64,000 nt of DNA from positions 4,174 to 68,173 of the IMG/VR virus record IMGVR_UViG_3300037467_001298; one strand, given 5' to 3'. The stretch comes from a virus (Duplodnaviria > Caudoviricetes). Position 1 is the stretch's first letter. Each line of letters begins with the position of its first letter. Made by a program: the position numbers and the translations under genes. Positions 43,601 through 52,173 of this stretch are shown in pieces. The notes beneath the pieces were generated by a model. The model was not told the origin of the DNA, searched no databases, and saw nothing but the letters and a program-made list of their open reading frames with translations.

Positions 43601-46119
43601 TCTGCATTCCCTGTAATGGAAGCTGGCAATTTAGAGTTAGCGTCTAATTGAAGTACTTTATTAGCAGTTGCAGTAGTTACAATTGTTGAACTTGCAACAG
43701 CATCTGTAATCCCGTATCCGCTTAAAGTAGTTGGGTTTGTTCCAGCTGTAACACGTCCCTTAGAATCAACAGTAACAGATTTATATGTTCCAGCAGTTAC
43801 ACCACTATTAGCTAATGTCATAGCAATAGTTACATCTGCAGTTCCGTCAAACGAAGCAGAACCTGTTACATCACCGCTATGTCCAATCGCACGAGCAGTT
43901 GCCAGTTTAGTAGCAGTAGCAGCATTTCCGTCAGCATTGCCTGTTATGTTTGCAGGGAGTTTAGCATTAGCATCAAGATATAATAACTTGTTAGCGGTAG
44001 CGGTAGTAGTTGCACTTGAACTATTAACAGCATCTGTGATGCCATATCCAGAAAGAGTCGTTGGTTTTCCTGAAGAAATCTTTGACCAATCCAAAGATGG
44101 GATATCACTTGCTGATAATGTTGTATTAACCCAGTTTGTTCCATTGTGTCTTAAAATGTTTCCTGAAGCTGGTGAAGTAATAACAAACGTATCAAGTTTA
44201 GCTTTATCTGTAGAAATCATAAAACCATTTGTTGATGTTGTTACGGCTGAATGAAGACTTCCTCCGCCACGACTTCCATGGAGTGTGTCATCCATTGAAA
44301 CACCAATTGTAGCTGTTGTTCCGCTACCTGTAATACTAATACCTGTACCATTAGCCAATGTTAATGATGAAGTAGGAGAACTAGCAGACAATGTTGTTCC
44401 ACCTGCAACTACACTTGCAAATCCGTTAGGACTTGTTACGCCAATAGTTACTTTTTTATTTGTTGTGTCAGGAGTTAATGTAATATTACTTCCTGCCGCA
44501 AATGTTAAAGTATCACCAGTTGTTGAGGCAATAATGTTTGATGCTCCGACAGCGATATAAGTAAAAGTATTCTGTGGTGCTGAAGCATTAGCAGCAATAC
44601 CATCTAACTTTTGTTTATCTGACGCAGACATAAAACCATCAACTGATTGAGTTGCCTGTGCATGAGCACTGCCACCACTTCCAATATGTGATGAAGGAGT
44701 TGCGTCTGTAATTCCATAACCTGATAAAGTAGTTGGCTTTGAGCCAATCTCAGAAAATAAAACTTGTCCCCATGCAGCAGAATTAGCAGTAGAACCGGCT
44801 TTAAGAACTTTTGTATTATTTGTAGTTCCTGTTGCAGGTACATGAGAATAACCATCTCCGCTTGGGTGAGTATAGTTATTTGCATTATTTTCAATACCAT
44901 CTAATTTGCTTTTATCGGTTGCAGCCATGAAACCATTAACAGAAGTAGTAACTACTGCATGGGCCGAACCACCTGAGCCAACGTGAGATAGAGGAGCAAT
45001 ACCTGCATTTGATAATGAACTATTTGCCCACTTTCCTGTCGCTGTACTATAAATAAGTAAATCATTTGTTGCAGGAGTTGTAACAGTAACGTCTGTAACA
45101 GCACTCAAGGTATGAGTATGGTCAGAACGAGATACAGTACTTGCGGAGCCTGTACCTGCAAAACTAACAGACACTGTCCTATCTGCAGTTAGATCTCCAC
45201 CACCAGTTAAACCACTACCAGCAGTAACTTTACGAGCAGAAAGAGCATACTTTGAAGATAATGCCGTGCCACCCTCTGTAAATGAAACAGCAGCCATATT
45301 TCCTGATATTGAGCCTGAGGCGGCTGCAATTTGTGCTGGTACAGTGAAGTTGCCATTTGCGTCAAATACGAATTGACTTGATGTATTCCAATCTTCTTGA
45401 TCTGCAGTTGTGGAAAATTGTAAGGCCAATTGATTCCCACTTAAATGAGTAAACGCTGCAGATTTATATGTTGAAAGTTTAGAGATAAAAGGGTTAGCTG
45501 TAGTGCTTTTAAGTGAGCCGGTAAGCGTGTCGCCAGTTATTCTTACATAAGTACCATCATGGTTATGAGTTGCAGTTGCATAGTAAGAACCATGTTGTCC
45601 ATCTAATAGGTCAGCATTCATTCCTGATGTAGGACCTTGATTGCCTGAAGTCCATACTGTATTGCCACCAAGTGTAGCACCTGTAGAAGAAATAATCATT
45701 TCTCCAGTTGTTGATGAATCACTAACAGGGCGAATACTTACTGTTCCTCCGTTTGCTGCAATCATTAAGGAGTTATTATTTGTTCCAAAACCTTTTATTC
45801 GGTTTGAGAAAATATTTAAAATATTTGTTAAATTAATAGGAGTACCGACAGGAACGGCACCATTAACAAATTGTACTAAATCTGTAGCATGCTTACCATC
45901 TACAGTGTCAGCATCTTTACCAGTCAATGTTGCAGGTATCTGACTTAAAGGAATTAAAGCATTCACATCAAGTGTAGGAATACCGCTTGCAACACCTTTT
46001 TCTGCTTTACCGACTGCATTTGTATCAATAGCATCAATCAAAGCATCATAATTCGACAGGTTAAAGTAATCTGCGGACTCTGCTCTAGGCAAAGACAATT
46101 TAGGCGTAGTGGTTGACAT
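40669..46119 (-). CDS. long tail fibre with C-terminal tail-collar domain
   Basis: 1816 aa, G/S/T/A-rich, repeated PTTLSGYGITDA; collar PAGAITMFAG..LPSGWLWCQG..VSRTTYSALY; C-terminal HNNLQPY. Confidence 0.93.
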   Translation of the reverse strand: MSTTTPKLSLPRAESADYFNLSNYDALIDAIDTNAVGKAEKGVASGIPTLDVNALIPLSQIPATLTGKDADTVDGKHATDLVQFVNGAVPVGTPINLTNILNIFSNRIKGFGTNNNSLMIAANGGTVSIRPVSDSSTTGEMIISSTGATLGGNTVWTSGNQGPTSGMNADLLDGQHGSYYATATHNHDGTYVRITGDTLTGSLKSTTANPFISKLSTYKSAAFTHLSGNQLALQFSTTADQEDWNTSSQFVFDANGNFTVPAQIAAASGSISGNMAAVSFTEGGTALSSKYALSARKVTAGSGLTGGGDLTADRTVSVSFAGTGSASTVSRSDHTHTLSAVTDVTVTTPATNDLLIYSTATGKWANSSLSNAGIAPLSHVGSGGSAHAVVTTSVNGFMAATDKSKLDGIENNANNYTHPSGDGYSHVPATGTTNNTKVLKAGSTANSAAWGQVLFSEIGSKPTTLSGYGITDATPSSHIGSGGSAHAQATQSVDGFMSASDKQKLDGIAANASAPQNTFTYIAVGASNIIASTTGDTLTFAAGSNITLTPDTTNKKVTIGVTSPNGFASVVAGGTTLSASSPTSSLTLANGTGISITGSGTTATIGVSMDDTLHGSRGGGSLHSAVTTSTNGFMISTDKAKLDTFVITSPASGNILRHNGTNWVNTTLSASDIPSLDWSKISSGKPTTLSGYGITDAVNSSSATTTATANKLLYLDANAKLPANITGNADGNAATATKLATARAIGHSGDVTGSASFDGTADVTIAMTLANSGVTAGTYKSVTVDSKGRVTAGTNPTTLSGYGITDAVASSTIVTTATANKVLQLDANSKLPASITGNADGNAATASKWATARTISLAGDASGSVSLDGSANATLTLTNNYKSLSSLTDTTITSPGTGNFLRYNGTSWLNTALVAGDIPSLDWSKITTGKPTTLSGYGITDGINTSAAVTTATANKLLYLDASGNLPASVTGNAATATKLQTGRTITLTGDTTASAVTFDGSANISIATTLANSGVTAGTYRSVTVNAKGLVTGGTNPTTISGYGITDAYTKSEINTVRNETIDNFVSTGLTTTASTTTNLMVTVAAGTVYVGGVRYTPVSTNLTLTASTTQYIYVNTSGVITASSTAPTGDYADLATVIVPASGLIPAGNVTDTRDIVTNTRGKMSYDLYNDSGTYAFYVNSRGAGNGVQIKNSGTSNAFVVTDGDTSKDNFLIDGSGNVKLENAADFYIYSDAGTTQKFLVDGATGDTNISGKLTVTGTITGSLTGNASTASKWATARTITLGGDVSGSVSLDGSANVTLTVTDTYKSITSLTDTTITSAASGNFLRYNGTAWVNTALVAADIPSLDWSKITTGKPTTVSGYGITDAVTTARTVSTSTGLTGGGALSGNLTLSFDTTWGDARYANVTGQTFTGNITAPVLISSVATGTAPFTVTSTTKVTNLNADMVDGYSFNQSLQTTNSVTFAGLTVNGTASFYNSATMNAQGTATSSANYNSELMQFKSSYWNGTAAATYSRSVYLSSAGNIGFTNTAGSTNAYITDAGDYYGNTFHSTVATGTAPLTVASTTLVTNLNADLLDGQSGSYYTNQNAFSNIVVGSSTIAADTATDSLTLVATAPITITADTTNDKVTFDIANATASADGAMSAADKSKLDGIAAGADAIPAGAITMFAGGSLPSGWLWCQGQAVSRTTYSALYSAIGTTYGTGDGSTTFNLPNMGGRVPVGTDVNQTEFSSLGKTGGEKTHTLSTTEMPSHSHNIKFGGASMSMGSGSTGDYLLTGWTTGGGVTQVTEDAAGGGGAHNNLQPYISFNFMIKY
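41990..44745 (-). repeat. internal fibre repeats
   Basis: Six (K/N)PTT(L/I/V)SGYGITD units, GNA.TA.K.ATARTI.L.GD and GVTAGTY.SVTV..KG.VT modules; coordinates approximate. Confidence 0.8.
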
Positions 46120-47315
46120 TATCCTAACCCTCCATTATCTACTTCACTCCATAACAATGATTTAGAGTCAATAGTTACCCATTGTTCTTTCTCACCATCA
46201 ATATCAGAGAATGTCATATATCTATACTGATATTTAAAGTCAAGATGAGAAGGTATAATGTTTCTTAACGAAATTGTTAAGTCTCTAACCTTTAAAGGCA
46301 TACCATAAATACTCATAAATTTAATTGTTATTATGTGATTTGGATTATCTTCTAAAATATCTACTTCTCCTCCACCATAGATAGAACACATATCTGAAAG
46401 CAGAGTTTTTGTTACTGTTCCTAATGATCTAAGTTGAAGCATTAGTAGAGCACGTTTTTCATCATATGACCTTGCATATGTTATATAAGTATGCCATTCA
46501 TATTCAACATCTAACTTCACATAGTCAATATTAACTACGGATGGGATAGTTGAAGATGCGGGATATGTTGCGTGAACAAGCACATATACTTTTTGATTGT
46601 TTGTTAATCTGTCACCTAATATGCTTGAATCATTTGAATATGTTGTTATTGTCCCACCTGTAATAACACTACCTAAGTCATCCCATGCTCCTGTTGTTGG
46701 ATTCCACCATTTAACTGTTAATCCATTTGCAGAAACACCTCCGTTATTACCTGACCCATAACCAGATATAGAAAACGTTAATGCTCTTAATTGGTTTTTC
46801 ATTTGTGATAATGTTAAGCCCAGATATGAAAAATCAAATTCAAATAATCTTTGTGCATATTGACCAGAAGTAGTCATTGTGCTAGAAAGTAAACTACCAT
46901 CTTGTTTTGACCCACTATCATAGTTACCTTGTGTAACTTCTGATGTATTAGTGCTTGGAGATTCAAATAAGTTTGCATTCGCTGTTCTATACAACATCCT
47001 ATTCGGATTCTCAAGAGTACTTCCTGATATTTTACCAGCAAAATCATAAGTCCTTTGTTCTATTGATAATTGGTCTTCAATATACGGACTAAGATCGATA
47101 TTCATTTCTGCTCCCCATCTATCTAACGATGTATCAGCAGTTTTAATAAATCTTTGGTTTAATACATTTTGTACTTCTGTATATATATCCTCTAACTCGT
47201 CGGCATCAATACCAACAAGATTCGTTACAACCTTAGAGTTTTGATAAAAGTATGGCATGTATTTAAGCAGTGAATCATGTACAGAACGGTCATAATCATC
47301 ACCAACAAACCTCAT
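46119..47315 (-). CDS. baseplate protein (XkdU/YmfQ-like) with large internal insertion
   Basis: N-terminal YMPYFYQNS...NQRFIKTA..SLDRW and C-terminal LRNIIPSHL separated by a ~200 aa insert. Confidence 0.8.
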   Translation of the reverse strand: MRFVGDDYDRSVHDSLLKYMPYFYQNSKVVTNLVGIDADELEDIYTEVQNVLNQRFIKTADTSLDRWGAEMNIDLSPYIEDQLSIEQRTYDFAGKISGSTLENPNRMLYRTANANLFESPSTNTSEVTQGNYDSGSKQDGSLLSSTMTTSGQYAQRLFEFDFSYLGLTLSQMKNQLRALTFSISGYGSGNNGGVSANGLTVKWWNPTTGAWDDLGSVITGGTITTYSNDSSILGDRLTNNQKVYVLVHATYPASSTIPSVVNIDYVKLDVEYEWHTYITYARSYDEKRALLMLQLRSLGTVTKTLLSDMCSIYGGGEVDILEDNPNHIITIKFMSIYGMPLKVRDLTISLRNIIPSHLDFKYQYRYMTFSDIDGEKEQWVTIDSKSLLWSEVDNGGLG

Positions 47316-48352
47316 AATAGATTCACCGCCACAAGAACAGGAACTTGATTGTCTCCTATAGGAACATTCGCGGTTCCATCATTAACAGTTAAAGTACCAT
47401 AATCTATAACTCCATCTACACTTAATATGGAAGTTACTATTTTTGAAAATTTTACTTCAGTATCAATAAAGGCCATAGATTTAAAATAATCCTTTATTGC
47501 TTGTGATACTAGTGGTTGTATTTGTTGAGGTGTATAGTTAGTATTTAAAGTTAATTGTACATCTACTGTTATATTAACTGGCTGTGCAGACTCAACTGTT
47601 ACATCAACGCCAACAGGTCTAACATCTTCAATGTGAGAAGCAACCTCAGAAACTTTTGTATCAGAAACAGGAAGTTTATCTAAATCAACAACTGTTACTT
47701 TAACAGTTCCTGGTCCACTAAATATAGGGAATACCTTTGCGTCTCCTATTCCATCAACTTCTAAACACCATTGTTTATAATGATAAACGTTACCACTTGT
47801 AGCAGGTTCTCTAACTTTTTCATAATACCTTGTAAGTAATGCAGCATCAGATTCTGTATCTGTACCCCCTGCTGTAGACTGGTCATTTGTACAAGCTACA
47901 CCATTAACTCCGTTATTAATTATTGAGTTAGCAGCAACATTTCCATTATTACCGCCAACCATTGCAGTAATTGTTACAGTTGCCGTCCCACTATTTAAAG
48001 TAACATCATAGTCAGTGTTAAACTGAATACCGTCATCAGTTGAAACGATTGTTCCTTCTGGAATTACAAGACCATCTGGTGTTCCTGTAAATGTTACGCT
48101 TCCCTTAGCTTGAATAGCAGTTAATCGTGAAATACCCACTTCAGCAACTTTTAAATCTATCCAGTTTCCATAAGTAGTATCTGCAAACCCGAAGTTCAAT
48201 ATATTATCTAACTCAATATATATTTGTGCTAATTCAATTGCTTTAGGTGCTAACATATCCCATGCTACAGAACCTTCGCGCTTGTCAATATCATCAGGTA
48301 TATTATTAAGCATCCTATTAAAAATTACTTCAAATGTTTGACTCTCATACAT
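47312..48352 (-). CDS. baseplate J-like protein (XkdT-like)
   Basis: DKREGS, GNVAA, GGTDTESD..L..R, SGNVYHYKQW, GPGTVKV. Confidence 0.93.
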   Translation of the reverse strand: MYESQTFEVIFNRMLNNIPDDIDKREGSVAWDMLAPKAIELAQIYIELDNILNFGFADTTYGNWIDLKVAEVGISRLTAIQAKGSVTFTGTPDGLVIPEGTIVSTDDGIQFNTDYDVTLNSGTATVTITAMVGGNNGNVAANSIINNGVNGVACTNDQSTAGGTDTESDAALLTRYYEKVREPATSGNVYHYKQWCLEVDGIGDAKVFPIFSGPGTVKVTVVDLDKLPVSDTKVSEVASHIEDVRPVGVDVTVESAQPVNITVDVQLTLNTNYTPQQIQPLVSQAIKDYFKSMAFIDTEVKFSKIVTSILSVDGVIDYGTLTVNDGTANVPIGDNQVPVLVAVNLL

Positions 48353-48783
48353 TAAATTGTCACCTCCACTTTAATATCGTTACCAGCAGAACTATCAACT
48401 TCAAATGTTATATAAAGTGTTCCACCATCAACACTAATATCGTAGTTCTTAGTTCCATATACTCTATCGTCAACAGATAAAGCATCATTTATTAACCTTG
48501 GCACTTCCATTTGTAAATATTCTAAAGAATATGTTCTTGGTCCACCAATAAGTTCTTTTATTTCACAGCCATAGTCAGTTGTGTAAATCATGTATCTCTG
48601 TCGAGTTGTCATTATTGCTTTCATTACAGCTTGTAGTATGGCATCTTGACCATCAATGAATTGAGAAATTATATCTCCCGTTTCAAAATCCATTAAATAT
48701 GTTTTACTTGGTTTAGGTTCATCAGACTGAATCTGTATAATATTGTCAAGTTGATCGTTTGTTATTAAAATTGGAGTTAACAT
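48352..48783 (-). CDS. baseplate wedge protein (XkdS/DUF2634, gp25-like)
   Basis: DFETGD, AI.T.R.RY.IYTTDYG.E, EALSVDDRV-like segment. Confidence 0.88.
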   Translation of the reverse strand: MLTPILITNDQLDNIIQIQSDEPKPSKTYLMDFETGDIISQFIDGQDAILQAVMKAIMTTRQRYMIYTTDYGCEIKELIGGPRTYSLEYLQMEVPRLINDALSVDDRVYGTKNYDISVDGGTLYITFEVDSSAGNDIKVEVTI

Positions 48784-49043
48784 TATGCGACCACCTTATC
48801 TAGTACAAATATTTCATTTCCATCAATAATAACAATTACTTTATCATTCGTTTTATATCCTGAATTATTAAACGCACTAGCTTTAATTATATCAGAACTA
48901 ACTACAGAAAAATCTCCTAAGTTTATTTTAAGTGGGGAGACATTTGTTATTATACCTAATTTTACAACTATGTCTTTATTGTATCCTTGTTCTTTCATTA
49001 GTTTTAAAATGTTTGTGAAGGCTCCACCTTCTCTACTTAACAT
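48783..49043 (-). CDS. baseplate spike-like protein (XkdR/DUF2577-like)
   Basis: LGIITNVSPLKI...DKVIV...EIFVLDKV; position in operon. Confidence 0.75.
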   Translation of the reverse strand: MLSREGGAFTNILKLMKEQGYNKDIVVKLGIITNVSPLKINLGDFSVVSSDIIKASAFNNSGYKTNDKVIVIIDGNEIFVLDKVVA

Positions 49044-49056
49044 AATATCTCACCCC

Positions 49057-50055
49057 TTAATTATTACTTATAACATTAATATCTGATGATAATTGTAAAG
49101 TCATTTTATGAAGACCTTGAGAAATACTGTGAGAGTCATTCGTTATATAATATAAACCACTTGTCATGGTATGAGGTTCGTATACATGAAGTTGATTACC
49201 AGTTATACATGAAAAGTCTCCCAAAAAATCAATAGAAGTAACATCATCTTTCCTATTAAGTTCAGAAAGTTTTGAATTTGCCAAACTTTGCATTTGAGCA
49301 GTTGTTGAACTACTATCAATACTTTCAATATGTTGCATTAACCCATATTTATTAACTGATGTTTGGTCTTTAGATGTATATGTTGAATACTTATCATCCG
49401 TGCTGTCTATTGAACCTTTTTCAACCATTACTTGTGTTCTCATATTTTCTATTGAAATATCTCTATTAGCAGTAAAAACATTATCCGTTGTTATTGTTTG
49501 TTTAGCAGAGTTTTGACGAGAGTACATATATGCTTTACCTTGCTTTGAAAATAATATATAACCTTTTCCCGTTATCGCCGTAGTAGTTGTTAAACAATCA
49601 TTTATTATCTGACCTAAATCAGAATTTGTAAATACTTGTTTATCAATTTTATACGTTGTTGGTTCAATATATCCTATAGGAATATTAAATTTTGTAAATA
49701 AACTATTAACAACATTAGAAGCGGTCATATCTTTAACTAACATAGTATAGCTATTTTTAGATAAGTATACCAATTGGTCATAAGCAGTAAATGAATCACT
49801 ACCTTCATTATCTAAACTTCTTTTAAAAATATACCCTCTAAATAACTCGTTGCCCTTAATATCATACATTAAAGCAATATTTCCTAAATCATAATTAAAA
49901 ATATTTGATGCTTTAATATTTCTCGCATTAGCCATTTTAACTTCTAATGTACGTGAAAAAGTATTTATATCACCACTCCAAGTTATTTCTTCAACAAAAC
50001 TACTTATATCAATTGTATTTTTCGAACTATCAATGATAATTACCTTAGCTATCAT
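49057..50055 (-). CDS. baseplate hub protein (XkdQ-like)
   Basis: ITWSGD....RTLE, AYDQLVYL, KYGLMQ, GLYYITNDSH. Confidence 0.88.
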   Translation of the reverse strand: MIAKVIIIDSSKNTIDISSFVEEITWSGDINTFSRTLEVKMANARNIKASNIFNYDLGNIALMYDIKGNELFRGYIFKRSLDNEGSDSFTAYDQLVYLSKNSYTMLVKDMTASNVVNSLFTKFNIPIGYIEPTTYKIDKQVFTNSDLGQIINDCLTTTTAITGKGYILFSKQGKAYMYSRQNSAKQTITTDNVFTANRDISIENMRTQVMVEKGSIDSTDDKYSTYTSKDQTSVNKYGLMQHIESIDSSSTTAQMQSLANSKLSELNRKDDVTSIDFLGDFSCITGNQLHVYEPHTMTSGLYYITNDSHSISQGLHKMTLQLSSDINVISNN

Positions 50056-50969
50056 GGAATCACCAATCTTTGTCCAGGTTGGATAATGTTTGGATTAGGA
50101 CCTATAACTGATTTATTTGCATTATAAATCGTCATATATTTACTTCCTGTACCATATACTTTTTTAGATATATTCCATAAGGAATCACCTTTTACTACAG
50201 TATATGTTTGTTGTTGAGGAGTTGTAACAGCCCTTGTAGTAGTTGTAGGAATTATTTGAGAAACACCCGAACTTGCCTCAACTATATCTTGTTCTAAAAC
50301 CCATGAATTAATAGGTTCTAATAAATATGCACGAGCTGAAGTACCTTTAGACCATGCTTTTTCCTGCTTGATAGTATATTTACTTCCCAATACAAATGAA
50401 GCTATATGTTCTCCAGTTGCATAGTTTGTAGCAGTTGTTTTAACTGTAACTGTTGAACCTACACTTAATAATTTGTAACCACTAGTTCCACTACCTGATT
50501 GAGTACCACCTGATGAAGTTGGTGGGGGAGGTGGTGGAGGCGGTGGTGGGGGAGCAATAATATTAACAGTGATTGGTTGATATTCTTTTAACTCTAAAGT
50601 AAAATCATAATCACCAACTATGCCACCACTTTCACTCCATTGGAATGAGCGGATAGTTACAGGTTCGTTTATAATTGTAGTTGTAACTTGTAGCTGCAGT
50701 ACAACTTGATTGTCCATCCATGTTTTAATTTTACTTATATATTCTAATGGAGTCATCATATTAGAACTTGATAAATAAAATGGTTTTTGAACAGGGAAAA
50801 AAGAGGATATTGAGTATGTTCGTTGACTTCTACCACTTAATACTGTTTTCTCATCACCGTTCGCAGTAACAATATCTTGGTGGTTTCTTGCATCTGTATA
50901 TCCAATTGTCTCAGGATTAATTGGCAATTGTATTTTATCAGATACACCATTACTTAACCAAATTTCCAC
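50052..50969 (-). CDS. tail-tube initiator/LysM protein (XkdP-like)
   Basis: QLPINPETI, SSFFP, FTLELKEY, C-terminal LysM YTVVKGDSLWNIS..VYG. Confidence 0.9.
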   Translation of the reverse strand: MEIWLSNGVSDKIQLPINPETIGYTDARNHQDIVTANGDEKTVLSGRSQRTYSISSFFPVQKPFYLSSSNMMTPLEYISKIKTWMDNQVVLQLQVTTTIINEPVTIRSFQWSESGGIVGDYDFTLELKEYQPITVNIIAPPPPPPPPPPPTSSGGTQSGSGTSGYKLLSVGSTVTVKTTATNYATGEHIASFVLGSKYTIKQEKAWSKGTSARAYLLEPINSWVLEQDIVEASSGVSQIIPTTTTRAVTTPQQQTYTVVKGDSLWNISKKVYGTGSKYMTIYNANKSVIGPNPNIIQPGQRLVIP

Positions 50970-50983
50970 AAACTATAACCTCC

Positions 50984-51543
50984 TTACTTATTATTCTTTT
51001 GTTGTTCTTCGATATAAACAAGAGTAGAGGCATAGATGAAATTTTTGACTCCGCGTGGTTTTTTATAGACTTCATCAGGCATTATATTTCGTTCCTGCAA
51101 AAGAATATGCAGCATACTCGCCTCAAAATCCTCTTTAATTAGTTTTTTATTTCTTCGATTTGTTCATCGTCTGATTGGTCAAAACCATTTAGTTCATTGA
51201 TTTCTTTGAGTAGAGTAGCAACTTCACCGAACAGTAAACGCTTTTTAACTGCGTCAACAGCATCAAAAACTTCCAATGCTTCTAACAATTTTTCATCTTC
51301 CCAGTTAGGAATGATACAAGACTTAACAATCATTAAGTTATTGAATAGTTCTTCGTCAAATTTCTTTTGATTTTTTCCTACAAGACGTGTTGCCCGTTCA
51401 GTAATTTTATTAACTTCATCAGTTTCTAGCGCTTTGATTTCGAAGTCAATACCAAATCTTTTCATAAAAACTGTTTTTCTAACATCATTACTTGCACCAA
51501 GCAAGGCTTCAAGAATATCTTTAGTATTTTTAGTTTCAGCCAT
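50984..51543 (-). CDS. tail assembly chaperone, long form via predicted -1 frameshift
   Basis: A AAA AAC slippery heptamer at 51148-51142; the -1 frame stays open to TAA at 50984, followed by the RBS of the next gene. Confidence 0.7.
51139..51543 (-). CDS. tail assembly chaperone (XkdN-like), short form
   Basis: FEIKAL, D.ELFN..MIV, LLFGE...L..EI.ELNGF; ends EEIKN*. Confidence 0.9.
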   Translation of the reverse strand: MAETKNTKDILEALLGASNDVRKTVFMKRFGIDFEIKALETDEVNKITERATRLVGKNQKKFDEELFNNLMIVKSCIIPNWEDEKLLEALEVFDAVDAVKKRLLFGEVATLLKEINELNGFDQSDDEQIEEIKN

Positions 51544-51627
51544 AATTATTTCCTCCATTTTAGTATTTACATTATATATGTCTTAGAAACGTTGATTTGT
51601 CAACCATTATTTAAGCATTTTTTTGCA

Positions 51628-51645
51628 ATAAAATATACATTTTAT
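51628..51645. promoter_or_regulatory. palindromic motif (copy 4)
   Basis: TTTTGCA-ATAAAAT-ATAC-ATTTTAT upstream of the tail chaperone gene. Confidence 0.5.
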
Positions 51646-51662
51646 TATTTAATTAAATCAAT

Positions 51663-51694
51663 AAAAAAAATAGGAAGGTCATAAGACCCTCCTA
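51663..51694 (-). terminator. intrinsic terminator after tube gene
   Basis: AGGAAGGTC/GACCCTCCT stem with A-tract on + strand. Confidence 0.7.
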
Positions 51695-51695
51695 A

Positions 51696-52151
51696 TTAAG
51701 AAACCTTGTCAAGGAATTCATATCCAGCGAAAGTGAATGAAAAGTCCTGTTGGGCAATATCCCCAGCTGTGAAACTTCCTAAAGGAATGCTAGTAAATAC
51801 AACATTTTTTAGTCGTACACGATATGTCTTGCCAGTGTCAGGATTTTCGTTCTTAACAACAATCTCAGTTCTGAATTCTTTACCACTTGTAATTGAACCG
51901 ATTTTTTCCATCAATTGAGTGTTAATGAAAACTCCTTTGATTGTTCCTGTACCTTTAAGACCAACGTTACGGTGAACTGTCCACCAGTTGCCTAAAAGTT
52001 TAAGATCTGTCTGGTCGATTTCAACTGTTGCTTCAACAGAACTTACATTAGACATCCAAGCGCCTTCCATATAAATTTCAGCGTCAGTACCACGGAATAC
52101 AGATTGTGGTGAAAGTGGGACATATGATGGAGTAGCATTTGTAGTAGCCAT
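51696..52151 (-). CDS. tail tube protein (XkdM-like)
   Basis: FRGTDAEIY, GLKGTGT, V.LKNV.F..IPL..F, F.F.GYEFLD. Confidence 0.9.
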   Translation of the reverse strand: MATTNATPSYVPLSPQSVFRGTDAEIYMEGAWMSNVSSVEATVEIDQTDLKLLGNWWTVHRNVGLKGTGTIKGVFINTQLMEKIGSITSGKEFRTEIVVKNENPDTGKTYRVRLKNVVFTSIPLGSFTAGDIAQQDFSFTFAGYEFLDKVS

Positions 52152-52173
52152 ATTCTATTACCTCCTATTTTAA

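Noticed and set aside
41990-44745. Fibre repeats as a CRISPR array or DGR template/variable repeat
   Set aside because: The repeats are in-frame, degenerate at synonymous positions and irregularly spaced; no cas or reverse transcriptase gene is in the window.
51621-51650. ATAAAAT palindrome as a dif/Xer site for the phage recombinase
   Set aside because: The ATAA-to-TTAT spacing is 10 bp rather than the 6 bp of Xer sites, and five dispersed copies at gene starts fit an operator better.
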